NCBI GenBank assembly: GCA_046484325.1
Contig: JAWOJB010000039.1
Location: 12,686 to 76,685 of the forward strand
Direction: 5' to 3'
Source: Acidimicrobiia bacterium
Lineage (GTDB): Bacteria; Actinomycetota; Acidimicrobiia; Spongiisociales; ZC4RG35
DNA length: 64,000 bases
The notes below the pieces were generated by a model. The model worked only from the letters and a program-made list of their open reading frames with translations. It did no database searches and was not told the DNA's origin. A program made the position numbers and the translations under genes. Below, piece by piece: positions 49,019 through 57,080 of this stretch (positions are counted from its first letter, which is position 1; every line of letters starts with the position of its first letter).

Positions 49019-49819
49019 ATGCAAGAGATCCACACTGAGGAAGATCAGGTGGTGACGGTGGAATCACGGCCCCGGATCCTGGTGCTCGGGCCGCCGGCGG
49101 TGGTGGTCGACGACCGGCTTGTGTCGGCGGGGGGAGGGCGCGCTCGGGCGCTGCTCGCCGCCCTCGTCCTCGGCGTCAACCACACCGTGTCGCCCGACCG
49201 GCTGATCGACGTGGTGTGGGGCGATCGGGCGCCTGGCGCCGCCACCAACGCCCTCCAGTCGCACGTCTCGCATCTGCGCCGCCTGCTCGGTCCCGGCTCG
49301 ATCGAGGCCCACGAGCACGGGTATCTGCTGCGGGCAACCTGTGAGGAGATCGACGCCTGCGTCTTCGAGCATCTCGTCGAGGACGCGGCGGAGGTGCAAG
49401 GCCAGGACCCGGCCTCAGCCAGGTCGATGGTGCGACGGGCACTGTCGCTGTGGCGGGGAGAGGCGTTCGGGGAGCTGGGCCCCGTCGAGCCGTTCCATCT
49501 CGAGGCGCTCCGTCTGGACGAGTTGCGCCGGACCGCGGCCGAGATCGAGCTGGTCGCCGAGGTGGCGCTCGGAGAGCGGGTTCGAGCAGTGGCCCAGCTC
49601 CGGGCGGCCCTCGCCGCCGACCCGTACCGGGAGAACCTGTGGACGCTGCTGGTCGAGGCGCTGGCGGCCGACGGCCGCCGGGCGGAGGCGCTGGCGGCCT
49701 GGGACGGGTATGCGGCCGCGCTGGCGGCACTCGGCCTGGCACCTTCGGCCCCGATGCGACACCTGCTGGATCAGATCGTCGGGCCCGGGGCGTGCTTCCT
49801 CCGTCGTGACCAACGTTGA
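49019..49819 (+). CDS. small SARP-family transcriptional activator (wHTH plus BTAD)
   Basis: ORF 266 aa. ILVLGPPAVVVDDRLV, ALQSHVSHLRRLLG, LRLDELRRTAAEIELVAEVALG, YRENLWTLLVEALAADGRRAEALAAW. A GTG at 49049 preceded by GAGGAAG is an alternative start. Confidence 0.8.
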   Translation: MQEIHTEEDQVVTVESRPRILVLGPPAVVVDDRLVSAGGGRARALLAALVLGVNHTVSPDRLIDVVWGDRAPGAATNALQSHVSHLRRLLGPGSIEAHEHGYLLRATCEEIDACVFEHLVEDAAEVQGQDPASARSMVRRALSLWRGEAFGELGPVEPFHLEALRLDELRRTAAEIELVAEVALGERVRAVAQLRAALAADPYRENLWTLLVEALAADGRRAEALAAWDGYAAALAALGLAPSAPMRHLLDQIVGPGACFLRRDQR

Positions 49820-49854
49820 GCAACGGCGTGGGCACAGCCCACGCCGTTGCTCAA
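49816..49854. terminator. near-perfect 18-bp-stem hairpin shared by the SARP gene and the tRNA-Ala 3' end
   Basis: ttgagcaacggcgtgggc-aca-gcccacgccgttgctcaa. The SARP stop codon lies in the left arm. Confidence 0.6.
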
Positions 49855-49869
49855 TGATCGGAGCGGCCG

Positions 49870-49942
49870 TGGAGCTGAGGGGATTCGAACCCCTGACCCC
49901 CTGCTTGCAAAGCAGGTGCTCTGCCAACTGAGCTACAGCCCC
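49870..49942 (-). tRNA. alaT: tRNA-Ala (anticodon UGC)
   Basis: Hand-folded, 73 nt, G3:U70 identity pair present: GGGGCTG TA GCTC AGTTGGCA GAGC A CCTGC TTTGCAA GCAGG GGGTC AGGGG TTCGAAT CCCCT CAGCTCC A. Confidence 0.9.
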
Positions 49943-50035
49943 GTCACCCCGGCATGATACGGGCACCGGTGGCCGGGCCACCGTGCCGGGGACACGGGCC
50001 CGTCGCTAACGTGCTGTGGATCGGAGAGGAGCACC

Positions 50036-50893
50036 ATGGCGCGGTGGGATCGCCTGCGGAGCCGAGGCAACATCGAGGACCGTCGCGGGATGGGCGGCCC
50101 GATGGTGGCGGCCGGGGGCGTCGGGGGGATCGGCATCCTCGTCCTGCTGCTTATGACCTTCCTGGGCGGCGGCGCCGGCGACCTCGACCAGGTGCTCGGC
50201 CAGCTCCAGGGCGCCCAGGCTCCGCAGGGCGGGGTGCAGGCCGAGGAGTTCCGGGGCGAGGACGACTACGAGGTGTTCGCCTCCACCGTGTTGGGGTCGG
50301 CCGACGACGCCTGGCGGGCCATCTTCGCCTCTAACGGGCTGGAGTACTCCGAGCCACGGCTCGTGCTCTTCCGGGGCCAGACCCAGTCGGGCTGTGGCGG
50401 GGCGAACTCGGCCACCGGGCCTCACTACTGCCCGCTCGACCGGACGATCTACCTCGACGAAACCTTCTTCGACGAGCTGGTCCGGCGGTTCGGGGCCCAG
50501 GGTGGCGACGTCGCCGAGGCCTACGTGATCGCCCACGAGGTCGGCCACCACGTCCAGAACGAGCTCGGCATCCTGGAGCAGGTCCAGCAGGTGCAGCGGT
50601 CGACCGGCTCCCAGGCCGAGGCCAACGAGCTCTCGGTCAAGCTCGAGCTGCAGGCAGACTGCTTCGCCGGTATCTGGGCCCACTCGATCCGGGACCTGGG
50701 GGTGTTCCTGCCCGGTGAGATCGAGGAGGCGATCGACGCCGCCGAGGCGGTGGGCGACGACCGGATCCAGGAGACCACCCAGGGCCGCATCACCCCCGAG
50801 AACTGGACCCACGGCTCCTCCGAACAGCGGGTCGAGTGGTTCACCATCGGGTATGAGACCGGGGACCCGTCCCGGTGCGACACGTTCGGCTAG
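50036..50893 (+). CDS. YpfJ-type neutral zinc metallopeptidase (membrane anchored)
   Basis: ORF 285 aa. MARWDRLRSRGNIEDRRG start, TM segment, HEXXH IAHEVGHHVQ. Confidence 0.8.
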   Translation: MARWDRLRSRGNIEDRRGMGGPMVAAGGVGGIGILVLLLMTFLGGGAGDLDQVLGQLQGAQAPQGGVQAEEFRGEDDYEVFASTVLGSADDAWRAIFASNGLEYSEPRLVLFRGQTQSGCGGANSATGPHYCPLDRTIYLDETFFDELVRRFGAQGGDVAEAYVIAHEVGHHVQNELGILEQVQQVQRSTGSQAEANELSVKLELQADCFAGIWAHSIRDLGVFLPGEIEEAIDAAEAVGDDRIQETTQGRITPENWTHGSSEQRVEWFTIGYETGDPSRCDTFG

Positions 50894-50896
50894 GTC

Positions 50897-51175
50897 TCAG
50901 CGGCCGTCCCGCACCACGCCTTGGAGCTCGGTGGGGACGAGCTCGCACTTCCAGGTGGCGAGATCCCGGTCGGAGGGGACGGTGGGGACGTGGATCTCGC
51001 CCGCGATGATCCTTCGCCGCCACTCCTCGAGCTCGGGGACGAGGTGGTCGACGAAGCCCCCGCTGCGGGAGTAGTCGAGGCCGCCGGCAGCCAGGTCGAG
51101 CACGTGCGTGCCGGCCTGGAGGCGGCCGCTCGCCCAGTCGACGATGCTCGTGTACACGGCCGCAGCGTCGGACAT
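50897..51175 (-). CDS. 92-aa ORF resembling only the C-terminal segment of BMP/PnrA-family substrate-binding lipoproteins (possible gene remnant)
   Basis: VYTSIVDWASGRLQAGTHVLDLAAGGLDYSRSGGFVDHLVPELEEWRRRIIAGEIHVPTVP matches the usual BMP C-terminal pattern (..G..gl.egGv.....v......I..G.i.vP). No room upstream for the rest of the protein. Confidence 0.3.
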   Translation of the reverse strand: MSDAAAVYTSIVDWASGRLQAGTHVLDLAAGGLDYSRSGGFVDHLVPELEEWRRRIIAGEIHVPTVPSDRDLATWKCELVPTELQGVVRDGR

Positions 51176-51280
51176 CGCCCTTCAGAGGCGCCCGCGGAGG
51201 CTCTAGGTCCGCTCTAGACAACATTGGGCAACCACGAGGCCTCTGCCCTCGTATCTGCTCAATGAACGGGGGGCGAGGGC

Positions 51281-51709
51281 TCAGCCGCCGGCCGGGTCGA
51301 GGAAGACCACCGGGATCTGGCGGTCGGTGCGCTCCTCGTACCCGGCATACCCGTCGTAGGCCGCCACGACCCTCGGCCACCATGTCGCCCGCTCCTCGGG
51401 GGAGGCAGTGCGGGCAACCACCGGGAACCGACGTGATCGGACCTGCACCGTGGCGAGCGGCTCGGCGGCGAGGTTCAGATACCAGTGGGGGTGGTCGGGC
51501 TTGCCTCCCCACGAGGCGACCACGACCAGACGCTCGCCGTTGGCGAGGTAGAGGAGGGGAACGGTGTGCGGCCGGCCCGAATGTCGGCCGGTCGTGGTGA
51601 GCAGGAGCATGTCGTTGTCGACCAATCGGCGCCCGACCATTCCCCCGGTCAACCGGTACAACCACACGTGGATCCGGGAGAGGCGGCGGGCGGTGCCGGT
51701 ACGCATCAC
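51281..51709 (-). CDS. deazaflavin (F420)-dependent nitroreductase-family protein (Ddn/DUF385)
   Basis: ORF 142 aa. LLLTTTGRHSGRPHTVPLLYL..GERLVVVASWGGKPDHPHWYLNL, the characteristic family core. Confidence 0.75.
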   Translation of the reverse strand: MMRTGTARRLSRIHVWLYRLTGGMVGRRLVDNDMLLLTTTGRHSGRPHTVPLLYLANGERLVVVASWGGKPDHPHWYLNLAAEPLATVQVRSRRFPVVARTASPEERATWWPRVVAAYDGYAGYEERTDRQIPVVFLDPAGG

Positions 51710-51821
51710 CCGAGTCTGGCCGACCGGCCTCTCCCCGGCACGGACCGCGTAGGATCAGTAGCCGGAATCGTCAGCTCGTGCGATCGGTTACAGCAGTGAG
51801 CCGCAGAAGGAGTAGAGGCCG

Positions 51822-53000
51822 ATGAGGAACGCCGTCATCGTCGACGCTGTCCGCACCCCGGTGGGGAGGCGCAACGGCAAGCTCAAGGACATCCACCCCG
51901 TCGACCTTGCCTCGATCCCCCTGAAGGCCCTCATCGAGCGCAACGACCTCGATCCCGCCCTGATCGAGGACGTGATCATGGGCACGGTGATGCAGACCGG
52001 CGAGCAGGGGCTCAACGTCGGCCGCAACGCCGCTCTCGCCGCCGGATTCCCCGAGGACGTCGTCGGCGTCACCATCGACCGGCAGTGCGGCTCGTCCCAG
52101 CAGTCGGCCCACTTCGCCGCCCAGGGGGTGATGGCCGGGGCGTACGACGTCGTGGTCGCCGCCGGGGTGGAGTCGATGACGAGGATCCCGATGGGGATCA
52201 CAGCCCAGCAAGGCCCCGGATTGCCGTTTGGCCCGCTCGTCATGGACCGGTACGCCCACGGCCTGGTGCCCCAGGGGATCTCGGCCGAGATGATCGCCGA
52301 GAAGTGGAGCCTCGGACGCCAGGAGCTCGACGAGCTGGCGCTCGGATCCCATCGGAGGGCCGGCCGCGCCACCGAGGAGGGCCGATTCGAGACCCAGATC
52401 GTCCCGGTGCGGGTCACGCTCGAGGACGGCGCCGAGGAGCTCATGACCACCGACGAGGGCATCCGCTGGGAGACCAGCCTCGAGAAGTTGGGAAGCCTCC
52501 AGCCTGCCTTCAAGCCCGACGGGGTGGTGACGGCCGGGAACTCCTCACAGATCTCGGATGGGGCCGCTGCGCTCCTCATCATGGCCGAGGACAAGGCCGA
52601 GGAGCTCGGCCTGGAGCCGATGGCCCGGTTCATCGCCTTCTCCATGGCCGGTGTCGACCCGGTGATGATGCTCACCGGTCCGATCCCCGCCACTTCGAGG
52701 GTGCTCGACCGGGCCGGCCTCGGGATCGACGACATCGACCTGTTCGAGGTGAATGAGGCCTTCGCGACGGTCACGGCGGCGTGGCGGATCGAGCACGGTG
52801 GGACCGACCCGATGGCGCTGTGGGAGCGGACCAACGTGAACGGCGGCGCCATCGCCCTCGGCCATCCGCTGGGGGGTTCGGGGGCGCGACTCATGACGAC
52901 CCTCGTCCACGAGTTGGTGCGAACCGGCGGTCGTTACGGCCTGCAGACCATGTGCGAGGGGGGTGGCATGGCCAACGGAACGATCATCGAGCGGATCTGA
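51822..53000 (+). CDS. acetyl-CoA C-acyltransferase (thiolase)
   Basis: ORF 392 aa. VTIDRQCGSSQQS (active Cys), NEAFA, NVNGGAIALGHPLGGSGARL, CEGGGMANG. Confidence 0.9.
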   Translation: MRNAVIVDAVRTPVGRRNGKLKDIHPVDLASIPLKALIERNDLDPALIEDVIMGTVMQTGEQGLNVGRNAALAAGFPEDVVGVTIDRQCGSSQQSAHFAAQGVMAGAYDVVVAAGVESMTRIPMGITAQQGPGLPFGPLVMDRYAHGLVPQGISAEMIAEKWSLGRQELDELALGSHRRAGRATEEGRFETQIVPVRVTLEDGAEELMTTDEGIRWETSLEKLGSLQPAFKPDGVVTAGNSSQISDGAAALLIMAEDKAEELGLEPMARFIAFSMAGVDPVMMLTGPIPATSRVLDRAGLGIDDIDLFEVNEAFATVTAAWRIEHGGTDPMALWERTNVNGGAIALGHPLGGSGARLMTTLVHELVRTGGRYGLQTMCEGGGMANGTIIERI

Positions 53001-53070
53001 TCGGCTTTGTCACTCACTTCGTGGGGGACAAAGCGCATCGCGCACTGCGCACTGCGAGACTTGTCTGCGC

Positions 53071-53325
53071 ATGGGCCTCCTCGACATCCTCATCGCCGTC
53101 GGCATCTTCGTGGTGATCTGGCGCGCCAGCCTCTGGGTCATCCGCATGCTGTCGACACCGCCCCCCGAGGTGGACCCCGAGGACGTCGTGGAGGTCGACC
53201 AGGACTTCCGGTGCAGTGTGTGCGGCACGGAGGTGACCCTGCGAATGATCAACGTCCAGGAGTCGACGCCTCCGAAGCACTGCCGGGAGGAGATGGTCCC
53301 GGTGTGGCGCCCCGGGCCCGGCTGA
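53071..53325 (+). CDS. small membrane protein with C-terminal CxxC...C motif, unknown function
   Basis: Internal Met of ORF 52963..53325 (MGLLDILIAVGIFVVIWRASLWVI, then FRCSVCGTEVTLRMINVQESTPPKHC). Confidence 0.45.
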   Translation: MGLLDILIAVGIFVVIWRASLWVIRMLSTPPPEVDPEDVVEVDQDFRCSVCGTEVTLRMINVQESTPPKHCREEMVPVWRPGPG

Positions 53326-53390
53326 GTTACACGCGTGTGGTTCTCCACACCTGTGGAGGGCTCTGGGGAGAATGACAGACGTGTGGTTCG

Positions 53391-53639
53391 TCAGCGATAG
53401 CCGGTGGTCATGAGGAACCCACCGGCGATCATCCCGAGGCCGACGAGGAGCACCCACTGGTCGAGGTCGAACACGAAGCGGAGCAGCACGAGGACCACGC
53501 CGACGGCCATGAGCCCGGTCATGGTCACGACGTACCAGGTCGGGGAGGGCTCGTCCCGTTCGACCTTCACCTCGGTGGGGGACTGGCGACCGGACGCGGT
53601 CCGGCCTTTGCGGGGCTTGCGCTTGCGGGACTCCGGCAT
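53391..53639 (-). CDS. crgA: cell division protein CrgA
   Basis: ORF 82 aa. Basic N-terminus, PSPTWYV motif and two TM helices. Position next to trpG/pknB as in mycobacteria. Confidence 0.8.
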   Translation of the reverse strand: MPESRKRKPRKGRTASGRQSPTEVKVERDEPSPTWYVVTMTGLMAVGVVLVLLRFVFDLDQWVLLVGLGMIAGGFLMTTGYR

Positions 53640-53707
53640 GACCCGACCAGCGTAGCCTCGGTCTTCGGCGGGCCGTCCGGGACGGGCCGGTAACCTCGCC
53701 TCTCCTC

Positions 53708-54271
53708 ATGCGGGTGCTCGTCATCGACAACTACGACTCGTTCACCTTCAACCTCGTGCAATACCTGGGGGAGTTGGGCGCCGAGGTCGACGTGGCCCGC
53801 AACGACGGGCTGACGCCCGGCGAGGCCGAACGCAACCGTCCCGACCGGCTGGTGATCTCCCCCGGTCCGGGCCGTCCCGAGGAGGCAGGGGCGTCGATCG
53901 AGTTCGTGCGAACCCTCGGAACCGAGGTGCCCACCCTGGGCGTCTGCCTCGGGCACCAGGCGATCGCCGTGGCGTTCGGGGGAGCCGTCGACCGTGCACC
54001 CGAGCCCCGCCACGGCAAGACCTCCCAGATCCGCCACGACGGCAGGGGGGTGTTCCGGGACTGTGAGAACCCCTTCACGGCCACCCGGTACCACTCGCTG
54101 GCGACGGTCGAGCTGCCCGATGAGCTCGAGGTGTGCGCCTGGAGCGAGGACGGGGTGGTCCAGGGGATTCGGCACCGCGCGCTCCCGGTGACGGGCGTGC
54201 AGTTCCACCCCGAGAGCATCATGACCGTCGAGGGAAAGCGGCTCCTCGCCAACTTCCTCGAAGGCGACTGA
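53708..54271 (+). CDS. trpG: anthranilate/aminodeoxychorismate synthase glutamine amidotransferase component
   Basis: ORF 187 aa. VIDNYDSFTFNLVQYL, GVCLGHQAI, FHPES. Confidence 0.9.
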   Translation: MRVLVIDNYDSFTFNLVQYLGELGAEVDVARNDGLTPGEAERNRPDRLVISPGPGRPEEAGASIEFVRTLGTEVPTLGVCLGHQAIAVAFGGAVDRAPEPRHGKTSQIRHDGRGVFRDCENPFTATRYHSLATVELPDELEVCAWSEDGVVQGIRHRALPVTGVQFHPESIMTVEGKRLLANFLEGD

Positions 54272-54274
54272 CGA

Positions 54275-55090
54275 TCACCCCGGGAGGGCGACGCGACTCC
54301 CGTTCGGCTCGACGAGGCCGTCGGCGAGCAGGCTCTGGATGGCGGCCTCCACCCGATCGGTCGACAAGCCCGTCCGCACCGCCAACCCGGCGCGATCTCC
54401 GGGACCGTCGAGCAGGGCCCGCAGCACCGCTCCTCGCGCCTCACGGTGCGAGCCTGGGAACCGGCCCTGTGGCGGAACCGGGACGCGCACGGCCGGATCG
54501 GCACACCACGCGGCCACCGGGCACCGATCGCACGCCGGTCGCGGGCGGCAGATGGTGGCACCGAGGTCCATGACCGCCTGGTTCCAATCGGAGGCGACGT
54601 CGACTTCGAGCGCGGCATCGGCAGCCTCTTCGAGGTCGCGTCCCGTCAAGGCGCGGCCGTTCCAGCGTGACAGGACCCTGCGCAGGTTGGTGTCGATCGC
54701 CGGTAGCGACACCCCGAAGGCGAAGCAGGCGACGGCAGCGGCGGTGTACCGCCCGACCCCGGGGAGTCGTATCAGCCCGGCGACCGACTCGGGCCAGCCG
54801 TGCTCGGACACGATCGCTGCGGTCTGGCGGAGCCGCACCAGCCGCCGGGGATAGCCCAACCCATCCCAGCGGGCGAGCGCGTCGGCGATGGGCGTCGAGG
54901 CCAGGGCGGCGGGGGTGGGATACCGGATGAGGAAGGCCGGGTACCGGTCGGCCACCCGGCCGGCCTGGGTCTGCTGGAGCATCACCTCGCTCACGAGGAT
55001 CGCCCAGGGGTCGGTGGTCCGCCGCCACGGGAGGTCACGCCGATTGAGGCGGTACCAGCCGAGGAGTGCGGCGTTGCGGGCGGACGCCAC
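54275..55090 (-). CDS. HhH-GPD/[4Fe-4S] adenine DNA glycosylase (MutY-like) with short wHTH-like C-terminus
   Basis: ORF 271 aa. LPWRRTTDPWAILVSEVMLQQTQ, LPGVGRYTAAAV, IDTNLRRVLSRW, Cys cluster CRPRPACDRCPVAAWC. The start lies 5 nt after the pknB stop. Confidence 0.75.
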   Translation of the reverse strand: MASARNAALLGWYRLNRRDLPWRRTTDPWAILVSEVMLQQTQAGRVADRYPAFLIRYPTPAALASTPIADALARWDGLGYPRRLVRLRQTAAIVSEHGWPESVAGLIRLPGVGRYTAAAVACFAFGVSLPAIDTNLRRVLSRWNGRALTGRDLEEAADAALEVDVASDWNQAVMDLGATICRPRPACDRCPVAAWCADPAVRVPVPPQGRFPGSHREARGAVLRALLDGPGDRAGLAVRTGLSTDRVEAAIQSLLADGLVEPNGSRVALPG

Positions 55091-55095
55091 GCCGC

Positions 55096-57054
55096 TCAGG
55101 GCGGCGGTGCCGTCGTGGTGGTGGTCTCGGGCGTCGTGGTGGTGGTAGTGGTCGGTGGCACGTACACGCCCAGGCTGACGTTGACCGTCGTGCCCTTCGG
55201 CACCACCACCCCGCCCTCCGGCACCTGGGCCACCACCCGGCCGTCGAGGTCTGGGTCCTCCACCTCGATGGTGGTCGCCGCGACCCGTAGCACGAGCCCG
55301 AGCGCCCGGAGCTCGGCCTCGGCCTCATTCCGGGTGAGGCCGAACAGGTCGGGGACGGACACCGGCTCGACCCCGTCGGACACGATCACGATCACCCGGC
55401 TCGGAACCGGCACCTCGGTGTCGGCGGGAGGATCGGTGCGGATCACCCGACCCCGCTGGACGGTGTCGGAGAATTCGGTCTGCTCCTCCCAGGTGAGGTT
55501 GAGGGCCGCGAGGCGCGAGAAGGCCTCGCTGGCGGTGAACCCGCTGAGGTCGGGAAGGAGCACAGACTCGGCCCCGGCGGCCACCACCAGGTCGATCGCC
55601 GATCCCACCGGAGCCTGGATACCCGGCAGCGGGCTCTGGGCGATGACGGTGCCGGGCTCGCGGTCCGAGGTCTCGTCCAGCGTGACATTGCCGACCGTGA
55701 ACTCCGCTTCCCGTATCAGGTCCTCGGCGTCCTCCTGGGTCAGCCCGATGAGCGGTGGCACCGCGAAGGTCTCCTCGCCGGCGGACACCACGAGCTGGAC
55801 CGTCGACCGCGCCTCGACCTCGGTGCCGGCCGGGGGCTCGGTTCTGATCACGAGGCCCTCGTCGACCTCCTCGCTCGCCTCCCTGACCAGGGTGACGACC
55901 AGGTTCACCTGCTGGAGCGCGGTGAGAGCATCGGACTCGCTGAAGCCGGTCACATCGGGGACCACCACGAGCTCGGTCTCCGAGCCTCCCAGGTTGAGCA
56001 ACCGGAAGGTGAAGAACAGCAGCACCCCGAGGGTCACGAGCAGGGCGAACACGCCGACGATGAAGGGGACGTTGGAGGGAGCCGGCTCCTCGATCTCGCG
56101 ATAGACCTCGTCGGGCGGGGCGGTCGGTGGAGGGACCGGCGGCATCATCTGGGTGCGCCCATCCGCCACGGCTGCAGCGGCGGCGGCTCCGGTGGCGGCG
56201 GCGACCGGTGGCGGCATCGCCGCCGGGGTCTCGCCGCTGAGCACCCGCAGGAGGTCGGCGCGCATGTCGCCGGCCGATTGGTACCGCATCCCCGGGTCTT
56301 TCTGGAGGGCCCGCATCACCACCTCGTCCAGGGGTCCTGGAACGTCGGAGTTGTGGGCCGAGGGGGGCGTCACCTGGGTCGAGACGTGCTGGAAGGCAAC
56401 CGCCACGGGGCTGTCGCCCGAGAAGGGCGGCCGCCCGCTCAGCATCTCGTAGAGCACCACCCCCAGCGAGTAGACGTCGGAGCGGCCGTCCGCCGCCTCT
56501 CCCTGCGCCTGCTCGGGGCTGAAGTAGGTGGCGGTACCGATCACGGCCCCGGTGCGGGTCAGCTCCTGACTGTCGTCCCAGGCCCGGGCGATCCCGAAGT
56601 CGGTGACCTTCACGGTGCCGTCGGGGGCGAGCAGGATGTTGCCCGGCTTCACGTCCCGGTGGACGACCCCCGCCCGGTGGGCGACGGTGAGGGCTGCGGC
56701 CACCTCCGAGGCGATCTCGGTGGCCCGCCGGGGGAGCAACGCTCCCTCGGATCGCAGGACGTCGCGGAGCGATCGTCCCTCCACCAGCTCCATGACGATG
56801 AAGTAGGTCGAGTCGACCTGGCCCCAGTCGTAGATGCCCACGATGTTGGGATGGGTGAGGTTGGCGGCGGCCTGGGCCTCACGCCGGAACCGCTTCACGA
56901 AGGCCTCGTCCGAGCTGAACTGCGAGTGCAGCACCTTGATGGCGACCTGCCGGCCCAACAGGCCGTCGCGGCCGCGATAGACGTCGGCCATGCCGCCTCG
57001 GGCGAGGTGGGTGGTCAGCTCGTAACGGTCGGTGAGGGAGTGGGGGAGATCCAT
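55096..57054 (-). CDS. pknB: Ser/Thr protein kinase PknB with four PASTA domains
   Basis: C-terminal 652 aa of ORF 55096..58668 starting MDLPHSLTDRYEL. VAIKVL, HRDVKPGNILL, DFGIA, SPEQA. TM segment, four PASTA-like repeats and a Thr/Pro tail. Confidence 0.92.
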   Translation of the reverse strand: MDLPHSLTDRYELTTHLARGGMADVYRGRDGLLGRQVAIKVLHSQFSSDEAFVKRFRREAQAAANLTHPNIVGIYDWGQVDSTYFIVMELVEGRSLRDVLRSEGALLPRRATEIASEVAAALTVAHRAGVVHRDVKPGNILLAPDGTVKVTDFGIARAWDDSQELTRTGAVIGTATYFSPEQAQGEAADGRSDVYSLGVVLYEMLSGRPPFSGDSPVAVAFQHVSTQVTPPSAHNSDVPGPLDEVVMRALQKDPGMRYQSAGDMRADLLRVLSGETPAAMPPPVAAATGAAAAAAVADGRTQMMPPVPPPTAPPDEVYREIEEPAPSNVPFIVGVFALLVTLGVLLFFTFRLLNLGGSETELVVVPDVTGFSESDALTALQQVNLVVTLVREASEEVDEGLVIRTEPPAGTEVEARSTVQLVVSAGEETFAVPPLIGLTQEDAEDLIREAEFTVGNVTLDETSDREPGTVIAQSPLPGIQAPVGSAIDLVVAAGAESVLLPDLSGFTASEAFSRLAALNLTWEEQTEFSDTVQRGRVIRTDPPADTEVPVPSRVIVIVSDGVEPVSVPDLFGLTRNEAEAELRALGLVLRVAATTIEVEDPDLDGRVVAQVPEGGVVVPKGTTVNVSLGVYVPPTTTTTTTPETTTTTAPPP

Positions 57055-57080
57055 GGGGGGAACCCGGGAGATGGTAGCGG

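Larger units (their letters stand above)
45075..49869. other. lower-GC insertion between tRNA-Ile and tRNA-Ala (two SARP regulators plus a repeat protein)
   Basis: Bounded by the 5' end of tRNA-Ile and the 3' end of tRNA-Ala. Spot GC counts of single 60-nt lines: 35/60 at 46441 and 33/60 at 47821, versus 41/60 at 9301 and 47/60 at 19741. Confidence 0.45.

Noticed and set aside
53335-53388. DnaA-box-like words (TTCTCCACA, TGTGGAGG) and direct repeat CGTGTGGTTC between the small CxxC gene and crgA
   Set aside because: The words are part of a short hairpin (gtgtgg-ttct-ccacac) in a convergent-gene spacer, which is most simply a terminator. There is a single near-consensus box and no supporting context.
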